DNA from: the human T2T-CHM13v2.0 reference genome, Homo sapiens
DNA: 64,000 nt
NCBI RefSeq assembly: GCF_009914755.1
Contig: NC_060930.1
Strand: one strand, 5' to 3'
This document shows, in pieces, positions 37,105 through 51,060 of this stretch. The translations under genes were made by a program, and so were the position numbers. The notes beneath the pieces are model-generated. The model saw only the letters and a list, made by a program, of their open reading frames with translations, ran no database searches and was not told the origin of the DNA. Positions within the stretch are counted from its first letter, which is position 1, and each line of letters starts with the position of its first letter.

Positions 37105-37404
37105 CAGTCATGTACCACACAACAACGTTTCAGTCAAGGAAAGACTGCATGTGCACTGGTGGTCCTGTAAGATAATAACACGTTTTTACTATATCTTTTC
37201 CATGTTTAGATTCACAAATACTTACATTGTGTTACAACTGCCTGCAGTATTCAGTACAGTAACATACTGTACAGGTTTGCAGCCTAAGGGCAATTGGCTC
37301 TACCATTGAGGTTTGTGTAAGTACACGCTATGGTGTTCGCACAATGACGAAATTGCTGAATGAGGCATTTTTCAGAATGTATCCCTGTCTTTAAAAAATA
37401 ACTG
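37105..37404 (+). mobile_element. Tigger3/MER7-like DNA transposon relic
   Basis: cagtcatg...ttacaactgcctgcagtattcagtacagtaacatactgtacaggtttgcagcct. Confidence 0.75.
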
Positions 37405-37577
37405 TTCAGTCACGCGTTGCTTAAAGAATGAGATGTGGTCTGTTAGATGTCAACAACAAAACAAACAACAAAATAACCAAACATAAACCAACTAATGCTA
37501 CACAGAATGTGATGTCGGACAGGGAGAAGAGACCCTACTAAGAGGCAGCTGGCGGCTGCAGTGAAACCACTGATCAC

Positions 37578-37739
37578 CTCTTTCCCCTGCTCCTTCTCAG
37601 GTGCGGCCCCAGCCAGCTCCATGGCCTGTGTGTTCTGCATGTTCTCCACACCAGTCTGCCCACAGGAGGCATGCTCCTTCCTCTCCAAAGCCTCTGGCAC
37701 CTGCTCCTCTGTATCAGAGTCCTCCCGTTCTTCTTCCTC
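37578..37739 (-). CDS. MDN1: MDN1 exon 90 (EEEERED...EQGKE)
   Basis: ccgaag|GAG (tandem AAG/GAG acceptor) ... GAG|gtgatc; 162 nt. Confidence 0.9.
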
Positions 37740-37978
37740 CTTCGGCAGAGAAATCAAACACAGCATTAAATGCTCTGGGGGAACAGCATAAGGTGGGAGA
37801 CCTTGCAACAAGCAGGCTTCCCCACTCCTCACTAAGGGTCTTAAAACAGAAACCTAGAACTCCTCGGAAGTGCCACATGTTGATGGAGGAGTATCCTAAA
37901 AGGGATTCTAATGGGAATAAGGTGACTTCTCCTCTTCCTCATTATTTTTAACATAAAAAGCCAGACATCTCATGATAC

Positions 37979-38286
37979 CTGGGGCTGGAAACCTTGGTCA
38001 GCAGGGCCATTCTCTCCACCTTCTTCATCGGCTTCCTTGTCTTTTTCCTCCACAGACTGCTGCTGCTCCTCAGAGTGTTCTTCAGGATGCTGAGCAGCAT
38101 CTCCATCTTGGTCATCAGCTCCTGTGTCCATTTCCTCTTCCCCTTCTGCCTTGTCATCTTCACTGGGGCCTTCCTCAGGCTCCTGTGGACTCTGACTTTC
38201 GTTCTGGTCGGTCTCGGTCTCTCCTCTTTCCTCAGCTTCATGACCTGCTTCTTCTGGTTTTTCTTTTATCTCCAAAGGATTCTCTT
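37979..38286 (-). CDS. MDN1: MDN1 exon 89, acidic tether (ENPLEIKE...GFQPQ)
   Basis: atacag|AA ... CAG|gtatca; 308 nt. Confidence 0.93.
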
Positions 38287-38391
38287 CTGTATAGATACAA
38301 CAAAAAGGAGGAGTGCAGAATTTTTGAAACGTACATGATTTCTTAAGCTGGGAGCTACTTATGCAAGTTTTGTCTTATTACAATTCTCTAA

Positions 38392-38932
38392 ACCAGCGAG
38401 TGGCAAATTGTGACCCACAGGCCAAATCTGGCCTCTACATGTTTCTATGAAGAAAGTTCTACTGGCTGGGCACTGTGGCACATGCCTATCATCCCAACAC
38501 TTTGGGAGGCTGAGACAGAAGGATCACTTGAGTTCAAGACCAGCCTGGGCATGCATCATAGTGAGACCCCATCTTTTACAAAAAATAAAAAATTAGCCAT
38601 GCAAGGCGGCATACACCTATGGTCTCGGCTACTCAGCAGGCTGAGGCAGGAGGATCACTTGAGCCCAGGAGGTCAAGGCTACAGTGAACTATGATCATGC
38701 CCCAGTACTCCAGTCTGGGTGAGAGGGCAAGACCCTGTCTCCAAAAACAAGTAAAGTTTTTACTGGAACACAGCAACATATATTCTGTGTTTACCCCATC
38801 CGTTTTGTACTGCCTATGGCTGCTTTCACTCTGCAACAGCAGAACTGAGTGTTTGCAATCGAGAGCTTATGGTCTGCAAAGCCAAAAATATTTAATATCT
38901 GACACTTTATAGAAAATGTTTTCCCACCCTTG
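38392..38932 (+). mobile_element. MER58A-like hAT element interrupted by an AluJ-like element (38464-38750)
   Basis: ggcaaatt..gacccacaggccaaatctgg / aaagttttactggaacacagc; duplicated aaagtt(c/t)tact. Confidence 0.78.
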
Positions 38933-39275
38933 TTTTAAACCATACTCATACATACAGTTGTTTTAATGGCATATTTCATTAAAAAATAATAGCTAATCCA
39001 CCCAAAAAAACCCCCATAAACAAACAAACAAACAAAAAAACACAATAGGAAAATTTTAGGCCAATGGAAATGGCAGCTTAATGCTCAATTATCATTGTGA
39101 ATAACTGGTGGATGTCATGATCATATACAGAAAATACAACTCACACTGAAATAGAAACACTCTTATTTTGAAAAAGTTTTATCAAAAGAGATTTTCTATA
39201 CTTTGGACACTTCAAAAATCAGTTATTAGCAAATTCTTAAAATAACTCTTATTATTTATTTTTTTATTTTTTTGA

Positions 39276-39434
<159 letters not shown>

Positions 39435-40795
39435 TAGTAGAGACGGGGTTTCTCCATGTTGGTCAGGCTAGTCTTGAACTCCCAACCTCAGGTGATCCGC
39501 CCGCCTCAGCCTCCCAAAGTGCTGGGATTATAGACATGAACCACCGCGCCTGGCTAATTTTTTAATTTTTTAGAGACAGAGTCTCGTTCTGTCACCCAAG
39601 CTGGAGTGCAGTGGCGAGATCATGGCCTACTGCAGCCTCAACCTCCTGAGCTCAAGCAAGTCTCTCGCCTCAGCTCCTGAGGAGCTGGGACTACAGGTGT
39701 GTGCCATAATGCCCAACTAATTTTTTTTTCTTTGGTAGAGACAGGGTCTCACTATGTTGTTCAGGCTGGTCTCAAACTCTGAGCTCAAGTGATTCTCCCA
39801 CCTTGGCTTTCCAAAGTGTTGGGATTACAGACACAAGCCTCTGCAACCAGCCTACTGGTTTTTTTTTTCCCATTATCTATTATTTAATTAGCAAACAATT
39901 TTAAATAATTGTTCCTTAGTTACAAAACGAGTCTGGCTATTTAAAAGCAGACAGCATATTACATTCTCAGTGGATTTTAATTTTCTTAATTTTATGCTTT
40001 CTTGGTAATTGACTTTGCAACTAGATTCCAAAATTAATTTTTACATAAATGGCACCTCTTATTTATTCCTTTGTAACTTGCTATTTTTGTTCTAATACAG
40101 CATTATAAAAATATACATGTACATTTTTTAAAATAGATTTTATAACTATGTAACTGACTCATTTATCAGCGAGGCCAGCTCACATCTTTCTGTCTGATTA
40201 AGCAGCAGCAGGAATGGGGCCCTCTGTTACAGGGGCACCTCCAACACAATGCTTTCAACTAATACCAGATAACACTCCCTAAAGGATTCACTAGGGTTGA
40301 AAAATGGACAACAAAGGCACGAAATACTGTCATATGCCATGCGATTTCTCTTGGGATTATTTAGTCTCATTCCTCACTACACATGACAATCAATAACTGA
40401 AACCATCATTTCCCTAAAAAAGCTATAACTGGACTCCACGACAGCTTGGTATACCCAGACTGCACAGCGTTTACACCATCCCATGAGATGGGATACACAG
40501 TAATGGCTGTGAAGAGACAGTGCTGTGTGTGAAGCACCACCAGGGCATAGCAGTGCCAAAAGCGAGAATAGGACATGACAGTAGTTTGAGAAATACCTGC
40601 TGGTTGATGAGCTGTAGGGATAATCACATGAGAAATACTACAAAGGAAAGGCAAACCATTTTCTCAGACTGGGATTGAGCCTACCAAACGTGATTTATCA
40701 CCTGGCCATGACACTGAGCTAGCTTTCAAAAGAGAAATCAATTACTGTTCACTAATGTGAGTTCTAACCGGTCTCTTTGTTTCTGAAAGACGCAC

Positions 40796-40943
40796 CTTCT
40801 CCTTCTTCATTGTCGGTGTCCTCACCACCATTCTTGTCTTCACTGTCAAGGTTCAAGTCATCTGGAAGGTCCAAAGCCTCGGGTTCTGGCACCTTTTCCT
40901 GATTGCCATGGTAAGGGTCCACCTCATTTTCATCATAGTCCCT
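40796..40943 (-). CDS. MDN1: MDN1 exon 88 (RDYDENE...EEGE)
   Basis: cccaaag|AGG ... GAAG|gtgcgt; 148 nt. Confidence 0.91.
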
Positions 40944-41451
40944 CTTTGGGACAATGGAGACAACAGGGATAAAATAAAAATACAAATATTTTTTTAAAAA
41001 GTAGAATTCCCATAAAATCAGCTCTAAGTATTTACACTGTGAGAGAACACAATATCTATTCCCTAAAATTATCTGCACACATTAGTATTTTATTTTTAGA
41101 CCTTTCATGTTGGAATCTCAGATTTCACTTTCTGTGCAGGTTATCCAAGGACAAATGGTGCTATGTTACTTAATCTCGAAGAAACTTACAAGAAGAAATA
41201 AACAAGGGATCACAGGTTTTAGCTTCTGATCTATAGCATGAGCCCAGACAACATGTGGACTACCCTGTCAGGAACCAACAGTTATATATTTTATGTCCTG
41301 TTAAGAGCCTCTGTTGCATATTCTTTTATGAGGTAATGGGAGAGCAGTCAACGAACAGGGGAAAAAATATCTTGAGACACCTTGAGAACTATACAGCTCA
41401 AGAGCTCTGGCCTTGAGTCAAGAGAGCGGATCAGTTTCAAATCTTCATTAC

Positions 41452-41604
41452 CTCATCTATTTGTTCATTAATTTTGTCTTCACCTTGTCCACCATCATCA
41501 GCTTCTGCTTCTTCCTTTTCTTCCTTCTTATCTTGCTGGCTTTTATCTTTGTTTGAATTGCCACTATCCAAGTTGTCATCTTTAGCAACAAGTTCAGAAT
41601 CTTC
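41452..41604 (-). CDS. MDN1: MDN1 exon 87 (EDSELVAKDD...QIDE)
   Basis: atttag|GAA ... GAG|gtaatg; 153 nt. Confidence 0.93.
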
Positions 41605-42156
41605 CTAAATGTCAGAGGAAGAAAAAACAATCATCACACTCAATCCAAGAAACTGCTTCTGCATGGGTTGACTTTTAGACATGCATAATTTCTGCCTATT
41701 GGACCTATCCCATGGATGGCTGATAAAGTGCCATCCGTGACCTAGAGAAAACAGTGCAGGTCTCCATGACAGCAGCAATATTATTAAGTGTGTGAATGGT
41801 GGGGTGAGTTTGATAATTCATTGCTTCACCCTGGGCTGTTGCAGTGTTACACTCAGCCCTGGAGTTCTCCCAAGCTGGGAGCTGGAAAAAATCAGTGGCC
41901 TATAGGAGAATCAGCTTAGAACATCTGCACAGGGTCTTGTTCATCCTCCTTCATAACACATGGGATGACTCAGGTCAAGCTACTCTTAGCTCTGAATGTA
42001 ATCAATAAGATAGGATAGAAAAAAGAAAAAGAGGAATAGAAAAAAGAGAACAAAACAAATACAGAAAAAGAAGAGAAGTAAATGACAGAGAATGGTAGGT
42101 TGTGGGCAGATTACCTCCTCTCAGCTTGTTTGGGAGGGGAGAAATCTTTGAATTAC

Positions 42157-42332
42157 CTCATCCATTCCTGGTCCTGTTTCTTCAGTTTTATTGTCTTCTT
42201 CCTCCTCATCTTCCTCCTCATCATCATCACCCCAAAGCCTCTCATCTAGTTTGTCAGCTTCCTCACCATTGAGATCGCCCATGTGTTTATCCAGGTCTCC
42301 GCCCTCACTATCTGATTTCTCATCATCCTCTT
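42157..42332 (-). CDS. MDN1: MDN1 exon 86 (EDDEKSD...LDERLWG...GPGMDE)
   Basis: tttcag|AA ... GAG|gtaatt; 176 nt. Confidence 0.93.
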
Positions 42333-43860
42333 CTGAAAGGGAAGGCACTGAGCTTAGGCAGATCTCCAAACTGACCCAGTCCTGTGTATTTAAGAGAGGT
42401 GTGGACCCGCTTCCCTAGCAAGGGCCCCACCTGAGATTTATTGCCTTTTTCTACAGAACACACCCTACGGGCAGATGCCTTTAGATCTACTGACATAGTC
42501 TTACTGTGTTTTGCAAAGTAGAGGTACAAGGAAGTCTATAATGTGTGAACAGATGGTAAAAAGAGTAAGGAAATACCTATGAGGATGTCTGGTTTTGGTG
42601 CTGGGGGAATGGCCATTATGGGACTCAGCAACCTGAGTTTTATGTCTGAAATGATGGGGTTGGACTAGGTGGTTTCCATGGGTCCTCCCCATCTTCAATA
42701 TACTGCTATGATTTTTTCCAACACCTAAAATCAGGTCTCAATCAGAATTGTCTTCATTTGTCTTTGCACAGGGTATACTTTGCAAAAGGTCATATCCTAT
42801 GTGCCTTAGGCCAACTGCCACTAAGGTCAACTTTCATTTCTGCAAGATATTCATTTTAGAGTAAGATACAGTTATCTCCAATTGGACAGAAATTTGGGGC
42901 AAGGGCTGAATTATGGTACAAACATATGACAGATGATGATGTACTTTAAAAAATCAAATTCTCAAATAATTTTTAATGACAGGGAGAATGTTCATAAGAT
43001 GTTAAATGAAAAAAGCAGGCCCAGTGCGGTGGCTCACGCCTGTAATCCCAGCACTTTGGGAGGCTGAGGTGGGCGGATCATGATGTCAGGAGATCGAGAC
43101 CATCCTGGCTAACATGGTGAAACCCCGTCTCTACTAAAAATACAAAAAAAAAAAGAATCAGCTGGATGTGGTGGCAGGCGCCTGTAGTCCCAGCTACTCA
43201 GGATGCTGAGGCAGGAGAATGGCGTGAACCCGAGAGGTGGAGCTTGCAGTCAGCCGAGATTGCACCACTGTACTCTAGTCTGGGGGACAGAGCGAGACTC
43301 CGTCTTAAAAAAAAAAAAAAGAAAGAAAGAAAAAAGCAGACTACAGAACGGTATATGGTTTCTGTGTGGGTATACATGCAATAAATGGAAAGAAATATAC
43401 CACTATTTATTAAGTGCTATGGCTGGTAGGCCTGAGGGGGGATCTATTTCTTTTCTACATGTTTGTTCCAAATCATCTACAACAAACACCTACTATTTTT
43501 CTAATTAGGAATAAAAGGTATTTTAAACACTACAGAACAATTTGCCTTTTGTTGAAAGCCCTTTTCCATTAGGGATCATCTCCTTTCAGGCTTCCCTGAA
43601 GGGCACTACTGAGCCACTGCATCTAGCACACGAGGCAGCTAAAACATCAATGTGAGAAGAATCTATGAGACACCAGGGACTTCTGCCTCAGTGGAGGTGG
43701 TGATAGCACATGCAGCTGCTGAGGTTTTCATTTGCACTTAAGCACAGTAACCAACTTGTTTCAAAAGATTATATTGGGTTCCTTATTAGGAACATGTAAT
43801 TTCCTGGATAAAATATTTATGCTTTCAAAAACAAGAATGAAGTGACAGATAATCTGAAAC

Positions 43861-44002
43861 CTTGTTCTTCAAGCTCCCCATCATGCATTTTCCCATCAAA
43901 ATCTTCCGACATCTCAATGGCATTATCCTCGCCCTTAATATCAGATTTTGAATCAGGATCCTCTTTGTCTTTTTCTTGACCCTTCTGAAATGTATCTTCC
44001 AC
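43861..44002 (-). CDS. MDN1: MDN1 exon 85 (VEDTFQK...ELEEQ)
   Basis: atgtag|GTG ... CAAG|gtttca; 142 nt. Confidence 0.93.
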
Positions 44003-47000
44003 CTACATAAAGAAGTATTAAACATAAATAAATGAAACTTTACCAATGTTTGCTTCAGCTGTGAGATATAAATGCCAAGGTTAATGGTGTAAAAATATAT
44101 CTGGGAGAGGAAAAAAAAAGAGAAACAACAGAGACAGCCACATGGAATTTGTAAAATTTCTGGAGTTAGTTTCCACTTGTTTTAATCAGAGTATAGAATT
44201 TTGTTCAGGTTTTCTTATTGGGAATTGTAAAAATAGTCCCAGAGACATTTGCAAGAATATATATTCTTTGTAGGATAAAAAATTCATCAATCTTTTATTA
44301 TCCAATTCTTTAATACTATTTTTGTCACTATTATCGCTGAAAGACAGTGGCCCAAGAGAATCTTGGTCATTCTTCCTTGGTTTCTATATTTCTTCTATAA
44401 AAAATTATTTTTTATGTTGTTAGACAGTGTCTCACTATGTTGCCCAGCCTGGAGTACAGTGGCACAATCATGGCTTACTGCAGCCTCAACCTCCTGGGAT
44501 CAAGCAATCCTCTGCCTCAGCCTCCCCAGTAGCTGGCACCACAAGCACATACAACCACACCTGGCTAATTTTTTATTTTTTGCTAGAGACGTGGCCTTGC
44601 AATGTTGCCCAGGCTGGTCTCAACTCCTGGGCACAAGCAATTCTCCTGCCTCGGCCTCCCAAAGTGGCGGGATTACAGGTGTGAGCGACTGAGCCCAGCC
44701 TAATTTATATGTTTCTATATAATTGATGTGCTATTTGGGGCAAAAAGTTTTGTGATTGTTACCTCTTTCATTATGGTTGATTTTTGAAAGTCCTTTTTAA
44801 GGCCAGGCACGGTAGCTCATGCCTGTAATCCCAGCACTTTGGGAGGCTGAGGCGGGTGGATCACGCAGTCAGGAGTTTGAGACCAGCCTGGCCAAGATGG
44901 TGAAACACCGTCTCTACTACATATACAAAAATTAGCCAGGCGTGGTGGTGGGGGCCTGTAATCCCAGCTACTCGGGAGGCTGAGGCGGGATAACTGCTTG
45001 AATCCGGGAGGTGGAGGTTGTGGCAAGCTGAGATCATACTACTGCGCTCTAGCCTGGGTGACAGAGCAAGACTCCGTTTCAAAAAAAAAAAAAAAAAAAA
45101 AAAAGAAGTCCTTTTTAAAATACAAAAGTAATAGCCAGGCATGGTGGTTCACGCCTATAATCCCAGCACTTTGGGAGGCTGAGGCGGGCAGATCACTTGA
45201 GGTCAGGAGTTCAAGAACAGCTTGGCCAACATGGCAAAACCCTGTCTCTACTAAAAATACAAAAATTACCCTGGCATTGTGGCGTGCGCCTGTAATCCCA
45301 GCTACCTGGGAGACTGAGGCATGAAAATCTCTTGAACCCGGGAGCTGGAGGTTGCAGTTGAGCCAAGACTATGCCACTGCACTCCAGCCTTGGGGAGAGA
45401 GCAAGACTCTGTCTCCAAAATACAAAAAAACAAACAAAAACAAGTTTCCCCATAACACCTCCATCCTCGAAGCCTCTCAAAGAATGACTACCAACAACAT
45501 TCTGGTGAACCTTTGACTTTTTTCTATGAATACACCAACATATACTTAAGTGATACAGGTGATAGTTACCAATACCTGCCTCCCAACATCTTTTTAAACA
45601 AAAAAGAGATCATGCTTTACAGACTTATGCAATCTGCTTTTTTCATTTTTATTTTTCTGAAACAAGGTCTTGCTCTCTTGTCCAGGCTGTAGTGCAATGG
45701 CACGATCTTGGCCCACTGCAACCTCTGCCTCCCAGGTTCAGGTGATTCTCCTGCGTCAGCTTCCGAGTAGCTGGGATTACAGATGCATGCCACCACACCC
45801 AGCTAATTTTTGTATTTTTAGTAGAGATGGAGTTTTACCATGTTGGCCAGGCTGGGTTTTGTTTTTTGTTTTGTTTTGTTTTAATTTTATAGAGACAGTG
45901 TCTCCCTATGTTGCCCCGGCTGGTCTCAAACTTCTGGCCTCAAGCAATCCTCCTGCCTTGGTCTCCCAAAGTGCTAGGAATCCAGGCGTTAGCCACCACA
46001 CCCAGCCTGTAAAACACATCTCTTCTTAAAAACATCTCAGCCAGGTGTGGTGGCTCACACCTGTAATCCCAACTACTCAAGAGGCTAATGCAGGAGGACT
46101 CCTTGAGTCCAAGTCATGGCTGCAGTGAGCTATGATTATAGAACTGCACTCTAGCCTGGGCAAGAGAGCAAGACCTCATGTCTTAAAAATAGGATCTTAG
46201 GTTATTTCCATGTTGATACATACAAAACCATCTCATTCTACTTCATTAATAGTTTTACCATTGTTCTGCATGGATGGTGCCATAATTTAATTCTCTTCTG
46301 ATGAATATTTGGATTGTTTCACAATTTTCACCATATAAATAATGCTGTAGTAAATATCCATGTGTAGACATATATACACACTCATATACCTATTTATCTT
46401 TGACACTAGCATTTCTATAAGAAAACATGGAATTTGGGGGTCAATGAATACACATAATTTAAAATTCAGCAGACACTACCAAATTGTTCTGGAAGCTTTT
46501 TATTCCATGTAATGTTTTTTGTGTGAACTTTTCTATTAGATTTGCTTTTTCTTTTGACTTTTTTTTTCTACTAGAAAAGTAGTATACACTGATTTAGATT
46601 TGAGAAATACAGAAGGCCAAAATAACAAAGCAATTATCTAAGGACAATATAGGTCCAAAAAAAAAAAATTAGAGCTCCATAACATAAATACTAGCATTAT
46701 TCTTTTGGCTTTTAATTGCTTTCCAGTTTTCTCTGCCAAGGAAGGGAGGGAATTTGAATTGGTTTTCTCCTTTATTTTTAATAACTATAAAATTACCTTA
46801 AATACAAGTTTCTGATCTGATTTAACTTAGAATATAAGTGATACACCCAATACACATAAATCACTCACAAATGAGACAGGCATTTAAAAAATCCATGCAA
46901 TGTAACAATCTTAGTTCACAGCATCTGAATAGTTCAGAAGGTTGCTTGATTCCAACCAAAAAAGGATACAGATTTTTTAAAACACTCTATGCCTTAAAGA

Positions 47001-47388
47001 TATACAACAGTAAAACCTATTAACAGCAAATTTTGGCATTACTGTTTAATGCAATTATCACTTAAGATAGCCAGGCCTTTTATGCTTAAAAATACTATCA
47101 AAAATACTCTAGAAAATCATCAGTAAATATCTGCCCATTTAAAAAAAAAAAGTAAAAATCATTTCCTCCATAATTATAGCCAAAACCAATGATGGAGTTG
47201 CCAGGTTCCTTCCTGTGGATTTTAGGCTTTTTATTTACACCCACTGCCGAAGCACCAATATATCTAGGGCTCTGTAGATCACAGATTAAAAATTATTAAC
47301 CTAGTAAAAACCATTTTTATGTGTAACTTACATGTTGAAAAGAAAGAGAGTGATCTTCTGTCAACTGTATACCTATGTGAAAACGTAC

Positions 47389-47526
47389 CTGTTCTTCATT
47401 TCCGATCTGGTCACTCACATCCTTCATGCCCTCGCCTTCTCCAATTCCACCTCCCTCATAGTCATGGAACTCAGTTGCTCCCTCTCCAGCTGAATCTTCC
47501 ATAAATTCTTTGGGCAAGCAAAATCC
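47389..47526 (-). CDS. MDN1: MDN1 exon 84 (GFCLPKE...GGGIGEGEGMKDVSDQIGNEEQ)
   Basis: tctaag|GGA ... CAG|gtacgt; 138 nt. Confidence 0.95.
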
Positions 47527-49297
47527 CTTAGAAAAAAGAAAAAGGAAGTGAACAATTAGGCACAAAAGCAATTTTAAAAGGAGATTTCATTCTTGCCACA
47601 GGAAAACAATTTAAACACATACTGAATTCTTTTTCTAGCTCATTATCTTAAATCCGCTGGAAGTACAGGAGACTTCTGACATTCTTCTCCTCTTTGGTGC
47701 TAATAGTTATGCAGTTTCACAGCTTGACATCAGATTTAACATATGACTTGACTTTGTAGAAGCCTCTGGCATGTGGTCATTTGTCACTTTGCCAAGACAA
47801 AAACCTAAATGAAGTATACTAGAAGGACAGTATTTTGGAAAAAGTCCTTGAGTAAGGGCAGAACAGGCTCTGGAGAGAACACAGTCAGACATAGTAATAA
47901 CTGTGAAATGTTGAAAAAAACTATTTTATACAGGAAAATAACCTGAGAAGAATACTAGCCTGCTGAGCAGAAGTAAAAAGAAAAAGTAGTAGTGACTCTC
48001 AATCAGAAAGTTTAATTTTGTAAGAGAAAATATATACTATGAAGATATATCTGAGGATGGGAATGCACAAAAAAATAAGCTGCTAATTAGCAAGGAATTA
48101 AGATCCCAAACCAGTAAACACTAATTATGACTTGGTTACACAGAAACAGCTTCCTGCGGATCAAGAGCTTTAATTACAGCCTAGATCTATTATCTTAGCA
48201 CTGTCTAACCTACTCTCAAGTTCCCTTGAACTACTCAGAAAAGATATGAATACAATTTGGACACTTAGAAAAATTTTTAACAAGCCAAACCCACTTTTAG
48301 GACATATATTCTCAGAATGTTGATAGGAAAATACAGTTTGGCTTACTTGCTTAATTTTCCCATTGAACTACATTATTTAAATGAGAGACATTCAGAAATA
48401 GACAAAGAATACGACCACATAGGAGGGAGTTTCAGATGCCCTTACCAGAGTATATCATTGCAGCTGCTACGTCTGGGATAGCCACAGGGCTCCCAACATT
48501 CTGCACATATCAGAACCATTCCTACCCGCAACAGACAAAGGTTTGAAAGGCCAAAGTCATTCTACAGCCTGTCAGACAAAAGCTACGGTACAAATGGACA
48601 AATCCAGCTGAGCCAAATCTCAAGGCACCCGAACCACACATTTTCCTGCCACTATCTTTAGTATACAGTGTTTTCTCCAAGAAGCAATGGAATGTTAAGG
48701 CTGGCCTGGTGCCCACCAGAGGCGGAGAAACCTGAGACTCATTCTTTTACTTATTATTACTTTTTATTATTATTATTATTACTGTTACTTATCATTACTA
48801 CAGATAAACATATTTATCCTCTTGATACAAGGCATTAGGCTTGGCTTCCACTTTTTACCTCTTTCCAGTATTTCAGAGACTCGGAACTAAGAACTCTTAA
48901 TTGTTTATAAGAAATCTAGACCCCATCTTCAGTTTGTAAATTCATATCTTCCTCAAGTACATCTCATCTGTATTAAGCTTGGAGAAAATCTTAGAATGCT
49001 AAGAACAAAAACAAAACTTATATACTCAAATGCAGGTGGTTCTCACAAAAATGCATATTAGTATAGGCAGATCTCATTTTACAAATGAGGAAACTGAGGC
49101 TTGGTGAGGTTAAGAGAGACCGAGAGCTGGATATCTCTATGACTAGACCTACCCACACCATGTTGCTGTTAGATTTCACTGTCTACTGCCCCTGAGTTTC
49201 AAGGGGAGGGTCTACAATCTCTACAACCTCAGTGCTTTTCACAATACCGGGTACATGGCTGAATGAACAAATGACTTCCCTGCTAAAGAAAAAAACT

Positions 49298-49835
49298 GGC
49301 TGGGCGCAGTGGCTTACACATGTAATCCCAGCACTTTGGGAGGCCGAGGTGGACAGATCACAAGGTCAGGAGATCGAGACCGTCCTGGCCAATGTGGTGA
49401 AACCCTGTCTCTACTAAAAATACAAAAATTAGCCAGGCGTGGTGGCACGTGCCTGTAATCACGTGGAGATTACAATTACAATTACAATTTTGGAGACTCT
49501 GTCTCCAAAAAAACATATATATATATATATATATATTTTTTTTTTTTTGAGATGCAGTTTTGCTCTTGTTGCCCAGGCTGGAGTGCAATGGCATGATTTT
49601 GGCTCACTGCAACCTCCGCCTCCCCGGGTTCAAACAATTCTCCTGTCTCAGCCTCTTGAGTAGCTGGGATTACAGGCACATGCCACCACGCCCAGCTAAT
49701 TTTTGTATTTTTAGTAGAGATGGGGTTTCATCATAATATTGGTCAGGCTGGTCTCAAATTCCTGACCTCAGGTGATCCACCCGCCTCAGCCTCCCAAACT
49801 GCTGGGATTACAGGCGTGAGCCACCACAACAGGCG
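49298..49835. mobile_element. Tail-to-tail Alu pair separated by (TA)n; the + copy has lost most of its right arm
   Basis: Read directly; (TA)n at ~49515-49536. Confidence 0.88.
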
Positions 49836-50276
49836 AAAAACACTCTAATAATAACAGGCCCATTATCATTTAATCATAATTACACCAACATGGTTAAAAG
49901 AAAACTTAATAGCCTTAAGGGTTTATCCTACAACTCTAGTTCAAGAGTTATCTGAAGATTTACATTGGGGATGGGAAGGGAAGGGTGTTAACAGACGGCA
50001 GCAGCTTTTAGACAGCGCTGGAGTTTAGGGAACTCGTCAGTTTGGGGGAAAGGGTGGGTTGGGGATAGGAGGTATCATCTGCAGGTTCTGAGACTTTAGT
50101 GGAAACAGCGTTAGCAAAAGGATGCCAGACAAAGCCCTAAATAATCCACAGGGAGAGCAAATCACATCCTGCTATTTGTGGTGGTCCAAAATAAAAGCCT
50201 ATCACACCAAAGACTAATGACATGAAATTTACTTGGGTCCCTGCTGCTCACAGTGCACCATGTGAACAGTCCTTAC

Positions 50277-50438
50277 CTTCTGGGCAAGCTCTGTAAAGAC
50301 CTGGGCAAGCACAGAGAGCAGCTTTGCAGTACTACGGTGAGTTGCTAAAGACATGGTCAGGAAGAAGAGGACGAGGTCTGAGTAGCTGGAGAGGACCGGC
50401 ACCAGGCGCACCAGCAAGGAACAGGATTGGCTGAAGAA
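50277..50438 (-). CDS. MDN1: MDN1 exon 83 (FFSQSCS...ELAQK)
   Basis: tctcag|TTC ... AAG|gtaagg; 162 nt. Confidence 0.94.
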
Positions 50439-50710
50439 CTGAGACCAAAACAAAACAAAAGGCCTGCTCACACTGCTTGGCAGGTACCAGGTTTCCATTC
50501 TGGAACTAGATAGTGGTGGTAATTGCACAACATTGTGAATGTACTAAATAGTACTAATGGCAAGTTACATGTATGTGTTTGTAACCTCCACCCACCCCAA
50601 TACACACAGCTCACTGAGATTTCTTCATTTACATATATCGTCACAAAAGTACAATCTCAAACCGATGTCTCCTTTGGCTAACAATGTTGGTTTTTTAAAA
50701 ATAGAATGTT

Positions 50711-51060
50711 GGCCAGGCACAGTGGCTCACGCCTTTAATCCCAGCACTTTGGGAGGCCAAAGTGGGTAGACTGCTTGAGCCCAGGAGTTCAAGTTCATGT
50801 TGCCTGGGCAACATGGCAAAACCCCATTTCTACAAAAAATACCAAACAAAAAAAACATATAGCCAGAACCCATCTTTACAAAACTTTAAAAATTAGCTGG
50901 GCATGGTGGTGCATGCCTATACTGCCAGCTATCTGGGAGGCTGAGGTGTGAGGATCACCTGAGCCCAGGAGGTCAAGGCTACAGTGAGCCATGGTCATGC
51001 CACCACACTCTCCAGCCTCGACAACAGAATGAGACCGTGTCCCAAAATAAAATAAGAAAA
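50711..51060 (+). mobile_element. AluJ-like element in MDN1 intron 82
   Basis: Alu consensus. Confidence 0.85.

Noticed and set aside
37561-38346. Plus-strand ORFs antisense to MDN1 exons 89-90 (also 53645-54189 and 62323-62750)
   Set aside because: Shadow ORFs of biased codon usage; no independent gene signals
48712-48728. CTCF-like ccaccagaggcgg (and ccaccagaggtcc at ~18094)
   Set aside because: Core mismatches; not supportable without ChIP data
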